A DNA stretch of 64,000 bases. Origin: Opitutales bacterium. GTDB taxonomy: Bacteria; Verrucomicrobiota; Verrucomicrobiia; Opitutales; UBA2987. The position numbers and the translations under genes are program-made. Positions 12,233 through 24,038 of the stretch are shown here, piece after piece. Numbering within the stretch: the first letter of the stretch is position 1; every line of letters starts with the position of its first letter. The stretch is from the NCBI GenBank assembly GCA_965226885.1, contig CBDDEL010000017.1, positions 512,001-576,000 on the forward strand. Reading direction: 5' to 3'. Below the pieces are notes generated by a model. The model was not told the DNA's origin and ran no database searches. It saw only the letters and a program-made list of their open reading frames with translations.

Positions 12233-13237
12233 TCACTCCCCCTCGGACTGGGCAATATATTCGACAAGCAAGCCGCCTACAACGAGTTGCAGAAAATGAT
12301 AACAGATCAGCGGAAGCAGGAAAATCCCCAAATCGATGGAAACCGTTCCGGTCTCGTTACCGGCCTGGGCGACAAAAATGGAACCGGCTATGGGCACTCC
12401 GGCCGCCAGGGACTTTTGGGAACCGCAAAAAAATGCCGCTATCCGGTTCGCCCGGTTAAGCCGGCATAAGCGGGCTCCGTACCATAATACCCCTTTGACC
12501 AATAACAAAAGCAACAGCGAATAACCCATGACCGTAAGAGCGAAACTCAGTCCCCCCTGCTCCCATACCCCGCTCTTGATGGAATCGCAGGAAACCGCAT
12601 AAAAAATAAAATATACGAGTCCCGCGTTAAGCCGCAAAAACAACATTTTTCGCTTCGACGCAAAATTTTTCAGATGCGGGCGCAAGATTTGACCAACCGC
12701 CAATGGCGCCAGCACAAGCATGGCGATTTTTAAAAATTGGGGGACCAGGGGAATATTTTGCACATCTCCCACGGTTATGAGCAATGCCGTCAGCAAGGGG
12801 ACTAAAATTACCGCCAGGACATTAGAAAGGATTGTATTGAAAAGGGCCCCTCCCATATTGCCCCCCGACAAACCGGTAAATATTATGGCCGTTGCAAAGG
12901 TGGATGGAAGGACGGCCAGGAATATGAACCCGAGGCGAAGTTGCTGGCTCATCATCAGGACCCCTATCATGTCCAGAAAAATTACCATCGCCGGCATGAG
13001 AACGTATCCGAACGTCTGGATAGATAAATGCAGCTTCCAGTTCAGAATCTCGGCCCTCAGATTTTCGGTCGGCAGTTGCAATCCTTGAATCAGGAACATC
13101 AGCATGACGGCAAGTTGGATTGTCACTTCAGGGTGGAGCGTTCCCCCTGCGGCTCCGGCTTCCGGAAAAATCATGGCTACGACCAAAATGACCAGAAAAC
13201 CTGCCGCAAATCCGCGGGTGGATACCTTTTTGCTCAT
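12233..13237 (-). CDS. Bile acid:sodium symporter family (SBF-like) protein
   Basis: Multi-TM; LPST...GGN, FCGSQKSLAAG, YHxxQL. Confidence 0.88.
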   Translation of the reverse strand: MSKKVSTRGFAAGFLVILVVAMIFPEAGAAGGTLHPEVTIQLAVMLMFLIQGLQLPTENLRAEILNWKLHLSIQTFGYVLMPAMVIFLDMIGVLMMSQQLRLGFIFLAVLPSTFATAIIFTGLSGGNMGGALFNTILSNVLAVILVPLLTALLITVGDVQNIPLVPQFLKIAMLVLAPLAVGQILRPHLKNFASKRKMLFLRLNAGLVYFIFYAVSCDSIKSGVWEQGGLSFALTVMGYSLLLLLLVKGVLWYGARLCRLNRANRIAAFFCGSQKSLAAGVPIAGSIFVAQAGNETGTVSIDLGIFLLPLICYHFLQLVVGGLLVEYIAQSEGE

Positions 13238-13274
13238 AGCATTATTACGATATTCCCAATCCAACCTCAGACCT

Positions 13275-14843
13275 TCAATTCCGCCTGCCCAAGCGTCGCA
13301 ACAGAGTATTGAGAAGCTCTCGTCCCCCCGCTATTTCCTCAAAACGCAATAGTCGCAATATAACCACATAGACAACAACCGCCAGCGGAATGATTATGCC
13401 TATAACCAGGAGCCCTTCTATTTTTGACGGCGCCAAGAGCGACCCGGCCCCATTCCAAAGCATCCAGGTAAAACCCCCCATTCCCGCCGTGGCCACGATG
13501 ATTTTCAAAAGAGGCAGGTTGTGGAATCGCTCCTTTTGCCAAATACCTTTGTGCAGGGGAAGAAGATACATCATAAGAATACTGTGTATGACGATGGCCA
13601 GCACGTTGGCCAGGGCCAGGCCGAGCATTCCCAAAAACTGCATCAAAAAAAGGCTGAATCCGATATTCAAAATAAAGTTCAGCAGGGCCAGGCGCATCGG
13701 GGTGCGAGTGTTCTTTTGGGCGTGAAAGCCCCGTGTGCAATAGGTCGCAATACCGTAAAAGGGAAGTCCGCAGGCATATATGCTGAGAATGGCATCGGCG
13801 CTCTCGACATCTTCCCGGCCAAACGCCCCCCAGGCAAAAAATAGCTCCAGGACTGGCTTGCCCACAATGATCAGGCCGACGGCTGCCGGAATCGTAATGG
13901 CCAATATGAGGCGCATGCCTTGGCCAAAGGTATCCGCAAATTCCTCCTCCCGCCCGGCGGCGGCATGTCTGGACAGGCTGGGAAAAGTGACCGTTGTCAC
14001 GGCAATGGCAAATACCCCCAGGGGCAGCTCGATGAGCCGGTTGGCCAAATACAGTAAGGCCACCGCGGTTTCATCCACCCATAGGGCCAACAGGCGGGAA
14101 ACCGCGACATTCACCTGGATGACGGCTGCCCCGGCCAAACCCGGCAATAAAAGGGCCCATAACTCTTTCAGGCGAGACGATCCGTCCAGTGAAAACCTTG
14201 GATTCCATCCTTTTTTTCGTAAGGCAAAGCCGGGGACGGCCATTTGCAGCAATCCTCCCCCCAACACACCCAGGCAGAGGTAGCCGACCAGCGTCACCGG
14301 CGAATGCGCGAACCAGCCGCCAGATAGCAGCAGGGCCGATATGATGGCTAAATTCAACCAAACCTGGGAGAGGGCAACCACGGCAAATCGGTTCAATACA
14401 TTGAGCCCCGCCCCGATAACCGCCGCCAGACAGACAAATATCATATAAGGCAGCAGAAGGATTCCGAATCCGGCCCCCATATGCCAGCGTTCCTCCAATT
14501 CGGGGATATAAAGCAATGCCCAAAGGATCAGCGATCCGGCAATTACAATTCCTAACAAAACAAGGAAAGTTCTCGACAATACCCGGTTGAGCAACTCAAA
14601 GGCTGCCGAGCGCCGATCCTTTTCCATCTCGTCGGCCAGGATGGGAACCAGAGCGGATGTCAATGCCCCTTCCCCCAGCAATCGCCGAAACAGGTTGGGC
14701 AAGGTGAAGGCAAAGATAAAGGCCGAATTAATCGACCCGGCCCCCAAAAAGGCAAAGAGCAGAATATCCCGCAAAAGCCCCAAAATACGCGACAGCACGG
14801 TGGCGATGGCCACGATGGATATGTTTTCCAGAAATTTAGCCAT
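13275..14843 (-). CDS. murJ: Lipid II flippase MurJ
   Basis: SRILGLLRD, LPNLFRRLLGEGAL, ANRLIELPLG. Confidence 0.95.
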   Translation of the reverse strand: MAKFLENISIVAIATVLSRILGLLRDILLFAFLGAGSINSAFIFAFTLPNLFRRLLGEGALTSALVPILADEMEKDRRSAAFELLNRVLSRTFLVLLGIVIAGSLILWALLYIPELEERWHMGAGFGILLLPYMIFVCLAAVIGAGLNVLNRFAVVALSQVWLNLAIISALLLSGGWFAHSPVTLVGYLCLGVLGGGLLQMAVPGFALRKKGWNPRFSLDGSSRLKELWALLLPGLAGAAVIQVNVAVSRLLALWVDETAVALLYLANRLIELPLGVFAIAVTTVTFPSLSRHAAAGREEEFADTFGQGMRLILAITIPAAVGLIIVGKPVLELFFAWGAFGREDVESADAILSIYACGLPFYGIATYCTRGFHAQKNTRTPMRLALLNFILNIGFSLFLMQFLGMLGLALANVLAIVIHSILMMYLLPLHKGIWQKERFHNLPLLKIIVATAGMGGFTWMLWNGAGSLLAPSKIEGLLVIGIIIPLAVVVYVVILRLLRFEEIAGGRELLNTLLRRLGRRN

Positions 14844-14855
14844 TACGGGGCCGCA

Positions 14856-15682
14856 TCAGGTCATTCCGGGAGGATCGAAGCGACCGTCCACCGCCGTCCA
14901 GCCACCATCCACATAAAGGACCGTCGCGGTGATATAACTGGCCGCATCGGATGAGAGAAAGACGGCCGGGGCGGCAATCTCCTCGGGCCGGCCCAACGGT
15001 TGAAAACGCATTTGGCCGCATAGGCATCGTGCCAGTCCTTGTTTTCTTTAATCTGTTGAGTCAGTGGCGTGTCCACCACCCCGGGAGCAATGGCATTGAC
15101 GCGGACCCCGCTGGGGCCCAATTCAGCCGCGGCTGTCCGCACCATCTGAACGATTCCCGCCTTGGTGGCCGCATAAACCCCTTGTCCGGGCTCAACCACC
15201 TTCCCCCGGATCGATGAAAACAATAGGATGCTTCCCCCTCTCTGGGCGGTCATAATGGCCCCCGCCGCCTGCAAAACGTGCAACCCCCCCTTCAGGTTCA
15301 AGTCGATGACTTTGTAAAACTCCTCCTCTGCATAGGCGGCCAGCGTTTTGCGGAAATTAACCGCCGGAGTGGAAATCACGATGTCGAGCCGGCCATCGGA
15401 ACCGCGACTCGCCTCCAGGGCCGTTTGGACCGCCTTAAAATCGCGCACATCGAGAGCGGCGGCCTCTGCCCTGCCTCCATCGGACTGGATTTCCTGGACT
15501 GTCATTTGAGCCATCTTCAAGTTAATATCCAGGCAGGTCACCGAGGCGCCCTGAGAAGAACAGGCCTTGGCCACGGCTTTACCAATTCCGGCTCCGGCCC
15601 CGATGATGGCGGCAGTTTTATTTTCCAGACTGAATGGGGAAATTGGGGAAATGGTTTTTTTCATAAACAGATTTTCCTTCAA
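14856..15682 (-). pseudogene. SDR oxidoreductase with a 1-bp frameshift near the C-terminus
   Basis: GAGAGIG, YAATK, VNAIAPG; the conserved tail [20 protein letters not shown]...VDGGW lies in a different frame from about 14990 to a stop at 14856 (could be a sequencing error). Confidence 0.75.
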
Positions 15683-17091
15683 GTTTTATTTTCTGGTGCA
15701 ACATCGTTTCGCCAACGCATAAACAAATGAACCACCAGAAAAGCAACTGCGGCCCCGATCAAGCCAACCATGAATGGCCGCAACAGGCCGATTCCGCCGC
15801 CGTCAGTCAAAAGATGGGACCCAAGCAGGAAAAGAATTCCGCCGCCGATAGCGGCCAGGGCCTCCGGCGTTCCCGCCCGTTGCAGGTAAAGTCCCGCGAT
15901 CACCGGAACAAAAAGACTGACACTCAAGAGGGCGTAAAAGATTCCCAAAGATCCGATGACGGAGGGCAGCGCAATGGCCAGGGCCACACCCAGAACGCCT
16001 CCCGCCACCGCTGCCAGACGGGCCGCCTTGAGTATCTCACGGTCGGTTGCCGCCGGGTTGAAAAATCGGCCGTAAAGGTCCTTTGAAAGCGAGGTCGCCA
16101 GCATGAAAAGAATGGCGTCGGCGGAGCTGATTTCGGCCGAAAATATGGCCGCCAAAGCCAGACTGCCCACGTAAACCGGCAGGGAATCCTTCAACAATGT
16201 CGGCAGCGCAAGCTCTTGACCGGCCAGTTCCGGATAAAGAATCTTTGCTGCCATGCCGAAAAAAACCGGCACGAAGGCGAAAAGCAAAAGAACCACTCCC
16301 TGGCCGGTCACGGCTATTTGCACCGTCCGTCGATCCCGTGCCCCATAGATTTTTTGCAGAAGCCCCGGTGAGATGATAAAGGCGGGCCCAAGCAGGAGCA
16401 GGTAAACCCAGCCAGAGCTTCCATGACCCCAGAAATTCAGGGCTCTGGGATCGGCGACCGATGCCATTAAGCCGCCGAAACCTCCCACCTCAGTCAAAAT
16501 CAGGGGAATGGCCAGAGCGAATCCGATGAACAGGACGGCCAGTTGCAGAATGTTAATCCAGGCCGAAGCGAGCAAACCGCCGGCCGTAAAATAAACCGTC
16601 ATGACCACTCCGCCGGCCAGGCATCCGGCATATTTGGGCAAACCGGCCACCACATGGAGCACCCAGGCAAGGGCAATCAACTGGCCCGCCAAAATGGCCA
16701 GCGTGCCGACCCAGAGCAGGGCCGCCACTATTCCCCGCACGGTTTTATTGTAGCGGCGTTCCAGATAATCTCCAACCGTGTATAAATTATTTCGCGCAGC
16801 CGCTTCCCACATTTTCGGCCCCACCCACAATCCGAGCACGATGGACCCGATTCCGGCCGATCCAACCCACCACCATGCGCTCAAACCATCCCCATAACCG
16901 AGACCGGCCGCACCCACCGTGGAACCGGCCCCGATGTTGGCCGCCAGCAAGGTGGAAAAAATCAGGACCGGCCCCAGTTTTCGACCCGCCACAAAAAAGG
17001 TCCCGGAAGATTTGACCATCCGCCCGATGCCCAAACCGAGGAGCGTCAGCAAGGCCGAATAGGCCAACAGGAAAACGAGGTGGATATTCAT
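15679..17091 (-). CDS. Sodium:solute symporter family protein
   Basis: FFVAGR, LAANIGAGS, YFTAGG; many TM segments. Confidence 0.9.
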   Translation of the reverse strand: MNIHLVFLLAYSALLTLLGLGIGRMVKSSGTFFVAGRKLGPVLIFSTLLAANIGAGSTVGAAGLGYGDGLSAWWWVGSAGIGSIVLGLWVGPKMWEAAARNNLYTVGDYLERRYNKTVRGIVAALLWVGTLAILAGQLIALAWVLHVVAGLPKYAGCLAGGVVMTVYFTAGGLLASAWINILQLAVLFIGFALAIPLILTEVGGFGGLMASVADPRALNFWGHGSSGWVYLLLLGPAFIISPGLLQKIYGARDRRTVQIAVTGQGVVLLLFAFVPVFFGMAAKILYPELAGQELALPTLLKDSLPVYVGSLALAAIFSAEISSADAILFMLATSLSKDLYGRFFNPAATDREILKAARLAAVAGGVLGVALAIALPSVIGSLGIFYALLSVSLFVPVIAGLYLQRAGTPEALAAIGGGILFLLGSHLLTDGGGIGLLRPFMVGLIGAAVAFLVVHLFMRWRNDVAPENKT

Positions 17092-18164
17092 TCCTGCCCG
17101 CTTCTCAATTCGTTGGCAGAAGGAATTCCGGGAAGCCCTTCGGCCTGGCGAATGCTTCGCAGAACGGCCTCCGCCATCACATCGGCGGCCAATGCGCCTA
17201 ATACCAGCAGGTTGGTTTTTTTCTCATAGCCGCTGGTGCTCAGGGCAAAAATAGTGTCTCCATCTATTGGCGTGTGGGCCGGGTAAATGGTTCGGGCCAA
17301 TCCGTCATGGGCCATTTGGGCCAGCTTGGTGGCCTCGGCCTGGGTCAGGGCTGCATTGGTGGCGATGACCCCCAGGGTGGTATTTTCGCCGCGGGCTCCG
17401 GTCGCCTGAAATCCCGAGCGAATCAACTTGCGAACATCGGCCAGGGACTTGCCGTCCGGGCTGCGCATACCGGCCAGAACCCGCCCGGTCGCTGGATCAA
17501 TCACGTCTCCCACCGCGTTGACCACCACCAGGGCAGCCACCACCAAGCCATCCGGCATGACCAGAGCAAAACTGCCCACTCCGGATTTCATGGGCAAAAC
17601 CGGGTCACCTAGTTTGCCTACGGTCGCCCCGGCTCCGGCCCCCACGCTGCCTTCTTCCACGCGACCACGAGTGGCGCTTTGGGCCGCCCGGTAGCCGCTG
17701 GCGGCATCGGGACGTGGGGTACCCTCCCCAATCCCCAGGTCGAATAAAATGGCCGCCGGCACGATCGGAACGGGTCCGGCATGAGTGGGGAAACCAATCC
17801 CCTTTTCTTCCAGATAACGGACCACCCCGCCGGCCGCGTCCAGACCGAAAGCACTCCCCCCGGCCAGAACGATGGCATGCACTTTTTGCACCATGTTGAC
17901 AGGATTGAGCAGGTCGGTCTCGCGTGTGCCGGGGGCCCCGCCCCGCACATCGACACCGGCTACGGCGCCCCCCTCGACCAGAATAACCGTACATCCGGTA
18001 GGGCGTTCCGCCAAGGTGTCATGCCCCACTTTAAGTCCTTCCACGGCAGTCAATGTAAGCGGCGCCCGGCTCTCCGCCAGCAATCCCGGTTTCTCCATCG
18101 GGCAAAGGAAGCAGCCAACGGAAAAAAATGTCAGGGCAATGAAGCGGATATATTTCATGGTCAC
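17088..18164 (-). CDS. DmpA-like P1/S58 family peptidase (L-aminopeptidase/D-esterase), with signal peptide
   Basis: GVDVRGGAPGTRETDLL, GENTT autoproteolysis motif, PAHTPIDGD. Confidence 0.9.
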   Translation of the reverse strand: MTMKYIRFIALTFFSVGCFLCPMEKPGLLAESRAPLTLTAVEGLKVGHDTLAERPTGCTVILVEGGAVAGVDVRGGAPGTRETDLLNPVNMVQKVHAIVLAGGSAFGLDAAGGVVRYLEEKGIGFPTHAGPVPIVPAAILFDLGIGEGTPRPDAASGYRAAQSATRGRVEEGSVGAGAGATVGKLGDPVLPMKSGVGSFALVMPDGLVVAALVVVNAVGDVIDPATGRVLAGMRSPDGKSLADVRKLIRSGFQATGARGENTTLGVIATNAALTQAEATKLAQMAHDGLARTIYPAHTPIDGDTIFALSTSGYEKKTNLLVLGALAADVMAEAVLRSIRQAEGLPGIPSANELRSGQE

Positions 18165-18249
18165 ATTTATCTTTTACTGGCGAGTCGGAAAAGGTACACT
18201 TTTGCGGTCGTTATAAATCCTGTCAACACTGCTCAACCATTGCCCGCTC

Positions 18250-19531
18250 ATGCCTTCTTTAGAAGACAGCCTCTTTCGCCGAATCGAAGATATGACGGAT
18301 GAAATGGCCCGCTTCGCATCCGATCTGATTAAGATTCCGACCATAAATCCGCCCGGAGAAAACTATCGCCAGTGCGCCGAAATTATCGGCTCGCGCCTTC
18401 AGGAGTTCGGGTTTGCGGTGGATTATTTGACAGCCAGTGACAGGCCCGAACACTCCGCCGATTTTCCCCGTATCAATTATCAATGTTGTGGGGACCCGGC
18501 CCGGAAGACGGGAAAGACCGTCCCTGCACCTCAACGGCCATTTCGACGTGGTGCCTCCGGGGGACGGCTGGACCTTCGACCCCTTTTCCGGAAAAATCGA
18601 AAACGGACGCGTTTACGGCCGTGGCAGCGCCGATATGAAGGCAGGCCTGGCCGCCGCCATTTTTACCGCCGAGGCCATCCGGCGCGAGGGCATCGAGCTG
18701 GGCGGGAATCTTCAAATCAGCGGCTCCGTGGACGAGGAAAGCGGTGGATATGCCGGTGTCGGCTGGCTGGCTGAAAACGGCATTATTTGTTCAAAAAACA
18801 CCGATTACGTCATCATACCCGAACCATTCGGGAAGGATCGTGTATGCCTGGGCCACCGGGGAGTTTACTGGTTCAAAGTAACTGCCCTGGGGAAAATCGC
18901 CCACGGCTCGATGCCTTTTCTGGTAGAAAATGCCATTCAAGGCATGGGGCGTCTGCTCGAATCCATGCGCCACGACCTCCTGCCCGCCCTCCACAAAAGA
19001 AAAACGGTTATGCCGGTTGTGCCCCCCGAGGCGCGAAAACCAACCTTGAATATTAATTCCATTACCGGGGGTCAAAACGAGGGGATGGGGCAAACGCCCT
19101 GTGTGGCCGACCGCTGCGAAGCTATTTTCGACCGGCGTTTTCTGTTAGAAGAAAATTTCGATGAAGTGCGCCACGAAATTAAACTCATTCTAGCCGCAAC
19201 GGAAAAAAAGGAGTCATCCCTCAAATTCGATTTGGAAGATTTGATGATGGTTCCGCCCGTCAGCGCTCCGGAGGACTGCCGCCTGGTCCAGGTTTTGGAT
19301 CACGCAGCGGTCAAGGTTTTGGGCCAAAAACTGGATAAAGTGGCCAGTCCCGGGACTTACGACCATAAACATGTTTATCTCCGCGGCGGCATCGACCAAT
19401 GCGTGGCCTTCGGACCGGGCAAGCTTGAGCTGGCTCACCAGCCGGATGAATATTGCTCTATCGACGATATGGTCGCTTACGCCAAAATACTGGCCCTGGC
19501 CCTTTTGGACCTAACGAATTCAACTCCCTGA
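18250..19531 (+). pseudogene. ArgE/DapE-family M20 deacylase, frameshifted
   Basis: IPTINPPGENY in one frame, NGHFDVV, GRGSADMK, DEESGG, AHQPDE in another; removing a 7-bp duplication at 18471-18484 restores FPRINVVGTR. Confidence 0.88.
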
Positions 19532-19732
19532 ACGCACGTCTGCCGATGTTGTCGCAAATGAAACACCCTGCAAAAGGCAGTTTTCTCACCATTGCGGTTT
19601 GTAAATTAAATCTTTTTCTAAGATTCGCTTAATGGTCATTGAATTTATCGGGATATTCGCTTATATATTAGGCTAAACAGGAGACGCATTTATCTACTTG
19701 CCGATCTTTGGTCTCTCGATTCTAATTCTGCA

Positions 19733-20548
19733 ATGGCACGAAAAATCACTTTCGTAAATTACAAAGGCGGGGTTAGCAAAACCTCGCTCATTGTCAACAC
19801 AGCAGCCTGTTTGGCCCAAAAAGGCTTTCGGGTTCTTCTCTTTGATTTTGACACCCAGTCCAATGCCAGCATTTGGCTCATGCGTTTGGACCGGTGGAAC
19901 AAGATAAACATCTCAGGAGAAGGCTCCGTCTACTCCATTTTCAATCCCGGAAAAGTCCACGTCAAGGACCTCATCATCAAGGATGTGGTAAAAAACAAAA
20001 CGGGGGAAATTCTCCTCCCCGGTCTGGATCTGGTGCCCACCACCTTCAACCTGGTCGATCTGGAAAGCGATTACGAGGGCGACCCAAAAACACCCCCCTA
20101 CCTGCTCTTTCACCAGCAAGTAGCGGAACTCGAATCCGAATACGACTACATCCTGTTCGACTGCCCGCCCAACATCCTACGGGCCTCCCAATGCGCCGTT
20201 TTCACCAGCAATGAAATCCTCGTGCCGTCCAATCCGGATGCCTTGAGCCTGATCGGCTTTACCCTCTTGGTGGAAAAACTGATGCTCTTACACCGCCGTT
20301 CGGCAAGTTTTAGGGTCAGCGGCATGAGTACGGCGGCCCAGATCAAGGGCATCATATTTAATTCAATCAAGGCCAATGTCGATATAGAGGTGCCGAAAAT
20401 GCGGATGCAACTGCGCCTGAATCAGTTTCGAAACCAAAAAAGGGTTTCCCCCAAAGCCAAAATTTACCAGACAACGATTCGAGACGCCACCGTTGTGCGA
20501 AGAGCCGTAACGCTCGGTTTGCCGGTCAACCTGGTCGTAAAAGATTGA
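19733..20548 (+). pseudogene. ParA/Soj-family ATPase, C-terminally truncated by IS3
   Basis: NYKGGVSKT, DFDTQSN, FDCPP; the stop codon is the first TGA of the IS; the remainder is not found after the IS. Confidence 0.8.
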
Positions 20549-21873
20549 TGTGCACTGGAAAAAGTGGACACGAGATTCTCCTAAATGGAGAATCGAAGCA
20601 TGGGAAGAAGACGCTTTAGTATAGAGTTCAAAAATGAGGCAGTTCAACTGATGATACTCGATGGTCTGAGCGCCACCGAGGTATCGACCAAACTTGGGGT
20701 CAACACCAACCAATTGTATAGGTGGAAGAGGCTCTATCTGGACGATCAGCAGGGCGAAGCCACCTCAAAGCGACAGAGCAGTCCGAAGGAGATGGCGGCC
20801 GAGATAGATCGTCTTCGCAAAGAGCTGCGCCGCTCGGAGCGGATCAACCAGATACTAAAAAAAACGGTGGGCTACTTTGCCAAGGACGAACAATGAAGTA
20901 CCAGTTTGTCAAAGACAACGAGGGGCGCTTCAAGATCGAGGAAATATGCTCGGCGATGGGGATTTGTCGCAGTGGCTATTACTGCTGGAGGCCCCGAGCG
21001 CCCTCGGCCCGGCGGATCGAGGACGAGGGAATCAAGGGGGCGATCCTGAAGGTACACAAAGAGGCCAAGGGCCGCTATGGGCATCGGCCAATGCACCGCC
21101 ATCTGAAGGATGATGAGGGCATCGATTGCGGCCGTGACCGGGCTCTGCGTCTGATGCGTGAAATGGGAATCAAAAGCACCCAGAGTAAACGCTTTAAGCC
21201 ATTAAAAACCAACAGTAACCATCCCTATGGTTACAGCCCCAATGTGCTTAAAAAGCATGGCCAGCCGACCCATATCGACGAGGTCTGGGTGGCGGACACG
21301 ACCTACCTACGGACCCTGGCCGGTTGGATGTACTTGGCCACGGTGATGGACCTGTTCAGCCGACGCCTGCTGGGCTGGAGCGTTTCCAACCACAACGACG
21401 CGAAGCTGGTTGGCAAGGCCCTCAAAGCCGCGGCCATGACCCGCGGCACACTGCGCACCGGGATTATTCATCACAGCGATCGGGGCAGCCCCTACGGCAG
21501 CGACGACTATCAGAGGCTGGTCTCTGAACTAGGCATGAAGCCGAGCATGAGCGCCCAAGGCAACTGCTACGACAACGCGGCCATGGAATCGTTCTACGGC
21601 CGCTTCAAGACCAGCACGATTCGAGGCCGCCACTTTGCCGACGAGCGCGAACTGCGATCAACTGTCTTCGAATACGTGGAAATCTTCTACAACCGATATC
21701 GCAAACATTCCTCTCTGAGTTACCAAAGCCCAGTCCAATTCGAGGAAAATATTTGCCCCCCATGGGGGGCAACGAGAAAACAAAACCCTTTACCAAAACA
21801 AGCCGCCTGACACACTAATCAATAAACAATGAATATAAGAGAATCCCGTGTCCAACAAATCCAGTACACGTCA
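20546..21873 (+). mobile_element. IS3-family element, copy 2 (no TSD; joins parA 3' to ffh)
   Basis: Same IRs and ORFs as copy 1; flanks AGAT / TTAA do not match. Confidence 0.97.
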
Positions 21874-23217
21874 TTAACAGATCGATTGGGCAAGGCCTTG
21901 CGCAACTTGCGGGGGGTGGGCAAATTGTCCGAGGAGAATATGGCGGAGGCCCTGAAGGAGGTCCGCACGGCTTTGCTGGGGGCGGATGTGCACTTCCGGG
22001 TGGCGCGGGAATTTGTCGATCGGGTGAAAAAGGAGTGCATCGGCCAGGAGGTGACCAAGTCGGTTACGCCGGGGCAGATGGTGGTCAATATCATCAATAA
22101 GGAGCTGATCCGGCTGCTGGGCGAGGGAACCGCCGCATTGGTCGATAAAAAGCCTCTGCGGATTCTGTTGGTGGGCTTGCATGGTTCGGGAAAAACGACC
22201 ACCGCGGTAAAGCTGGCGCGGCGGCTGCGCTCCCAGGGATACCGACCGCTGGTGGCGGCTTGCGATGTTTACCGCCCGGCCGCCATCGACCAGTTGGAAA
22301 CTCTGGCCGCGCAGGAATCGATTCAATTTTACGCCAACCGGGATTCAAAGAATGTCCCGGCGATCGCCAGGGAAGCGGTCGAATACGCCAAAAAGAATGA
22401 TGCCGACGCGGTTATTTTCGACACCGCGGGCCGGTTGCAGATTGATGAGGAGTTGATCGAGGAGATCAAGAAGGTGCGCCAAAAGACGTTGCCCCATGAA
22501 GTTCTGCTGGTGGCCGACAGCGCCTTGGGGCAGGAGGCGGTCAACGTGGCAAAGTCGTTTCATGAGGCGGTCGAGCTGAGCGGGATCATTTTGACCAAAC
22601 TGGACGGGGATGCCCGGGGGGGGGCGGCCCTGTCCATGAAAACCGTCACCGGGGTGCCCATAAAATTTGCCGGTGCTGGTGAGAAAATGGACGATCTGGA
22701 GGTATTTCACCCGGACCGGATGGCTTCGCGGATTCTTGGCATGGGGGATGTTGTCTCGTTGGTGGAGAAGGTCCAGGAGACGGTGGATAAGGAAGAAGCC
22801 GAGGTGCTGGCTAAAAAGCTGCGGAGTGCGGATTTTAACCTGGAGGATTTTCTGAATCAGTTGAAACAGGTTAAAAAAATGGGTTCAATGGGCAGTTTGA
22901 TGAAGATGATCCCGGGAGCGGGCGACATCGAATTTGGCGACAAGGAAGAAAAACAAATGAAGCGGACGGAGTCCATTATTCTGTCCATGACACCCGGGGA
23001 ACGGCAAAATCCGCGTATCCTGAGCGGCAGCCGGCGCAAACGGATCGCCGACGGCTCCGGGGTGCAGGTGCGCGAAGTCAACGCCCTCCTCAAGCAGTTC
23101 ACCCAGATGCGTAAAATGATGAAAAAAATGAAAGGCACGGGTGGGAAAAAAATGATGCGAAAAATGCAGGCCATGACTGGCGGGCGCAACCGTATGCCCG
23201 GTTTGGGCGGGATGTGA
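21829..23217 (+). CDS. ffh: Signal recognition particle protein Ffh (first 15 codons IS-derived)
   Basis: [43 protein letters not shown]-domain RIAxGSG. Confidence 0.95.
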   Translation: MNIRESRVQQIQYTSLTDRLGKALRNLRGVGKLSEENMAEALKEVRTALLGADVHFRVAREFVDRVKKECIGQEVTKSVTPGQMVVNIINKELIRLLGEGTAALVDKKPLRILLVGLHGSGKTTTAVKLARRLRSQGYRPLVAACDVYRPAAIDQLETLAAQESIQFYANRDSKNVPAIAREAVEYAKKNDADAVIFDTAGRLQIDEELIEEIKKVRQKTLPHEVLLVADSALGQEAVNVAKSFHEAVELSGIILTKLDGDARGGAALSMKTVTGVPIKFAGAGEKMDDLEVFHPDRMASRILGMGDVVSLVEKVQETVDKEEAEVLAKKLRSADFNLEDFLNQLKQVKKMGSMGSLMKMIPGAGDIEFGDKEEKQMKRTESIILSMTPGERQNPRILSGSRRKRIADGSGVQVREVNALLKQFTQMRKMMKKMKGTGGKKMMRKMQAMTGGRNRMPGLGGM

Positions 23218-23252
23218 TTCGATACAGGATGCTCGATGCTGGAAAACTAGTT

Positions 23253-24005
23253 ATGAAAAATAATTTTCGAAAACGATTGCTGGATGGAGAATTGCTCATC
23301 GGCACGGTGGTATCGATAGCCAGTTCGGAGGTGGTGGAAATTTTGGTCGAGGCCGGCTTTGACTGGCTTTTTATCGATGGCGAACACTCGTCCATGGGCC
23401 CTCCCGAAATACAACGCCTTTTGCAGGCCATCGATCCCGTTTGTCCCGGAATCGTGCGAGTGCCTTCTTTCCGGGAAGCAGACATTAAAAAGGCCCTCGA
23501 TGCGGGAGCCGCAGGCATTCTCGTTCCGCAGATAAATACGGCGGAAGAGGCGGCCAGGGTGGTTCGTTATAGTAAATTCGAGCCTATGGGCAACCGGGGG
23601 GTCGGGCTGACGCGGGCGCATCGTTACGGTTTTGAGTTTCAACGCTACATGGATCATGCCAATGAGGAAACGGCCGTTATCCTGCAAGCCGAAAGCGCGG
23701 AGGCGGTTCGGAATATCGAGGCCATTACTGAGGTCGAAGGTGTCGATGCGATTTTGATAGGGCCGTTCGATCTCTCGGCCAGCCTCGGCAAAATGGGTAA
23801 GCTGGGCGATCCCGAAGTAATTGCCGCCATGGAAAAAATCGAGGAAGCTTGCCGGAAAAAGAAAATCCCGCTCGGCATCTTCGGCATGAACGCCGAGGCG
23901 GTTAAACCATTTATCGAACGCGGATTCAACCTCATCGCAGCCGGAGTGGACGCCCACTTTATTGCCATGGAAGCAAGCAAAACGCTATCCGGTCTGGGCA
24001 GGTAG
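23253..24005 (+). CDS. HpcH/HpaI aldolase family protein
   Basis: GFDWLFIDGEH, ALDAGA, GNRG, IGPFDLS. Confidence 0.9.
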   Translation: MKNNFRKRLLDGELLIGTVVSIASSEVVEILVEAGFDWLFIDGEHSSMGPPEIQRLLQAIDPVCPGIVRVPSFREADIKKALDAGAAGILVPQINTAEEAARVVRYSKFEPMGNRGVGLTRAHRYGFEFQRYMDHANEETAVILQAESAEAVRNIEAITEVEGVDAILIGPFDLSASLGKMGKLGDPEVIAAMEKIEEACRKKKIPLGIFGMNAEAVKPFIERGFNLIAAGVDAHFIAMEASKTLSGLGR

Positions 24006-24038
24006 AAATGGCAGGCTCCCGTAACATGTCACAGCCGC

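Noticed and set aside
14980..14995. SDR frameshift as programmed recoding
   Set aside because: No slippery sequence; best explained by a 1-bp deletion or sequencing error, as for the one near 42563
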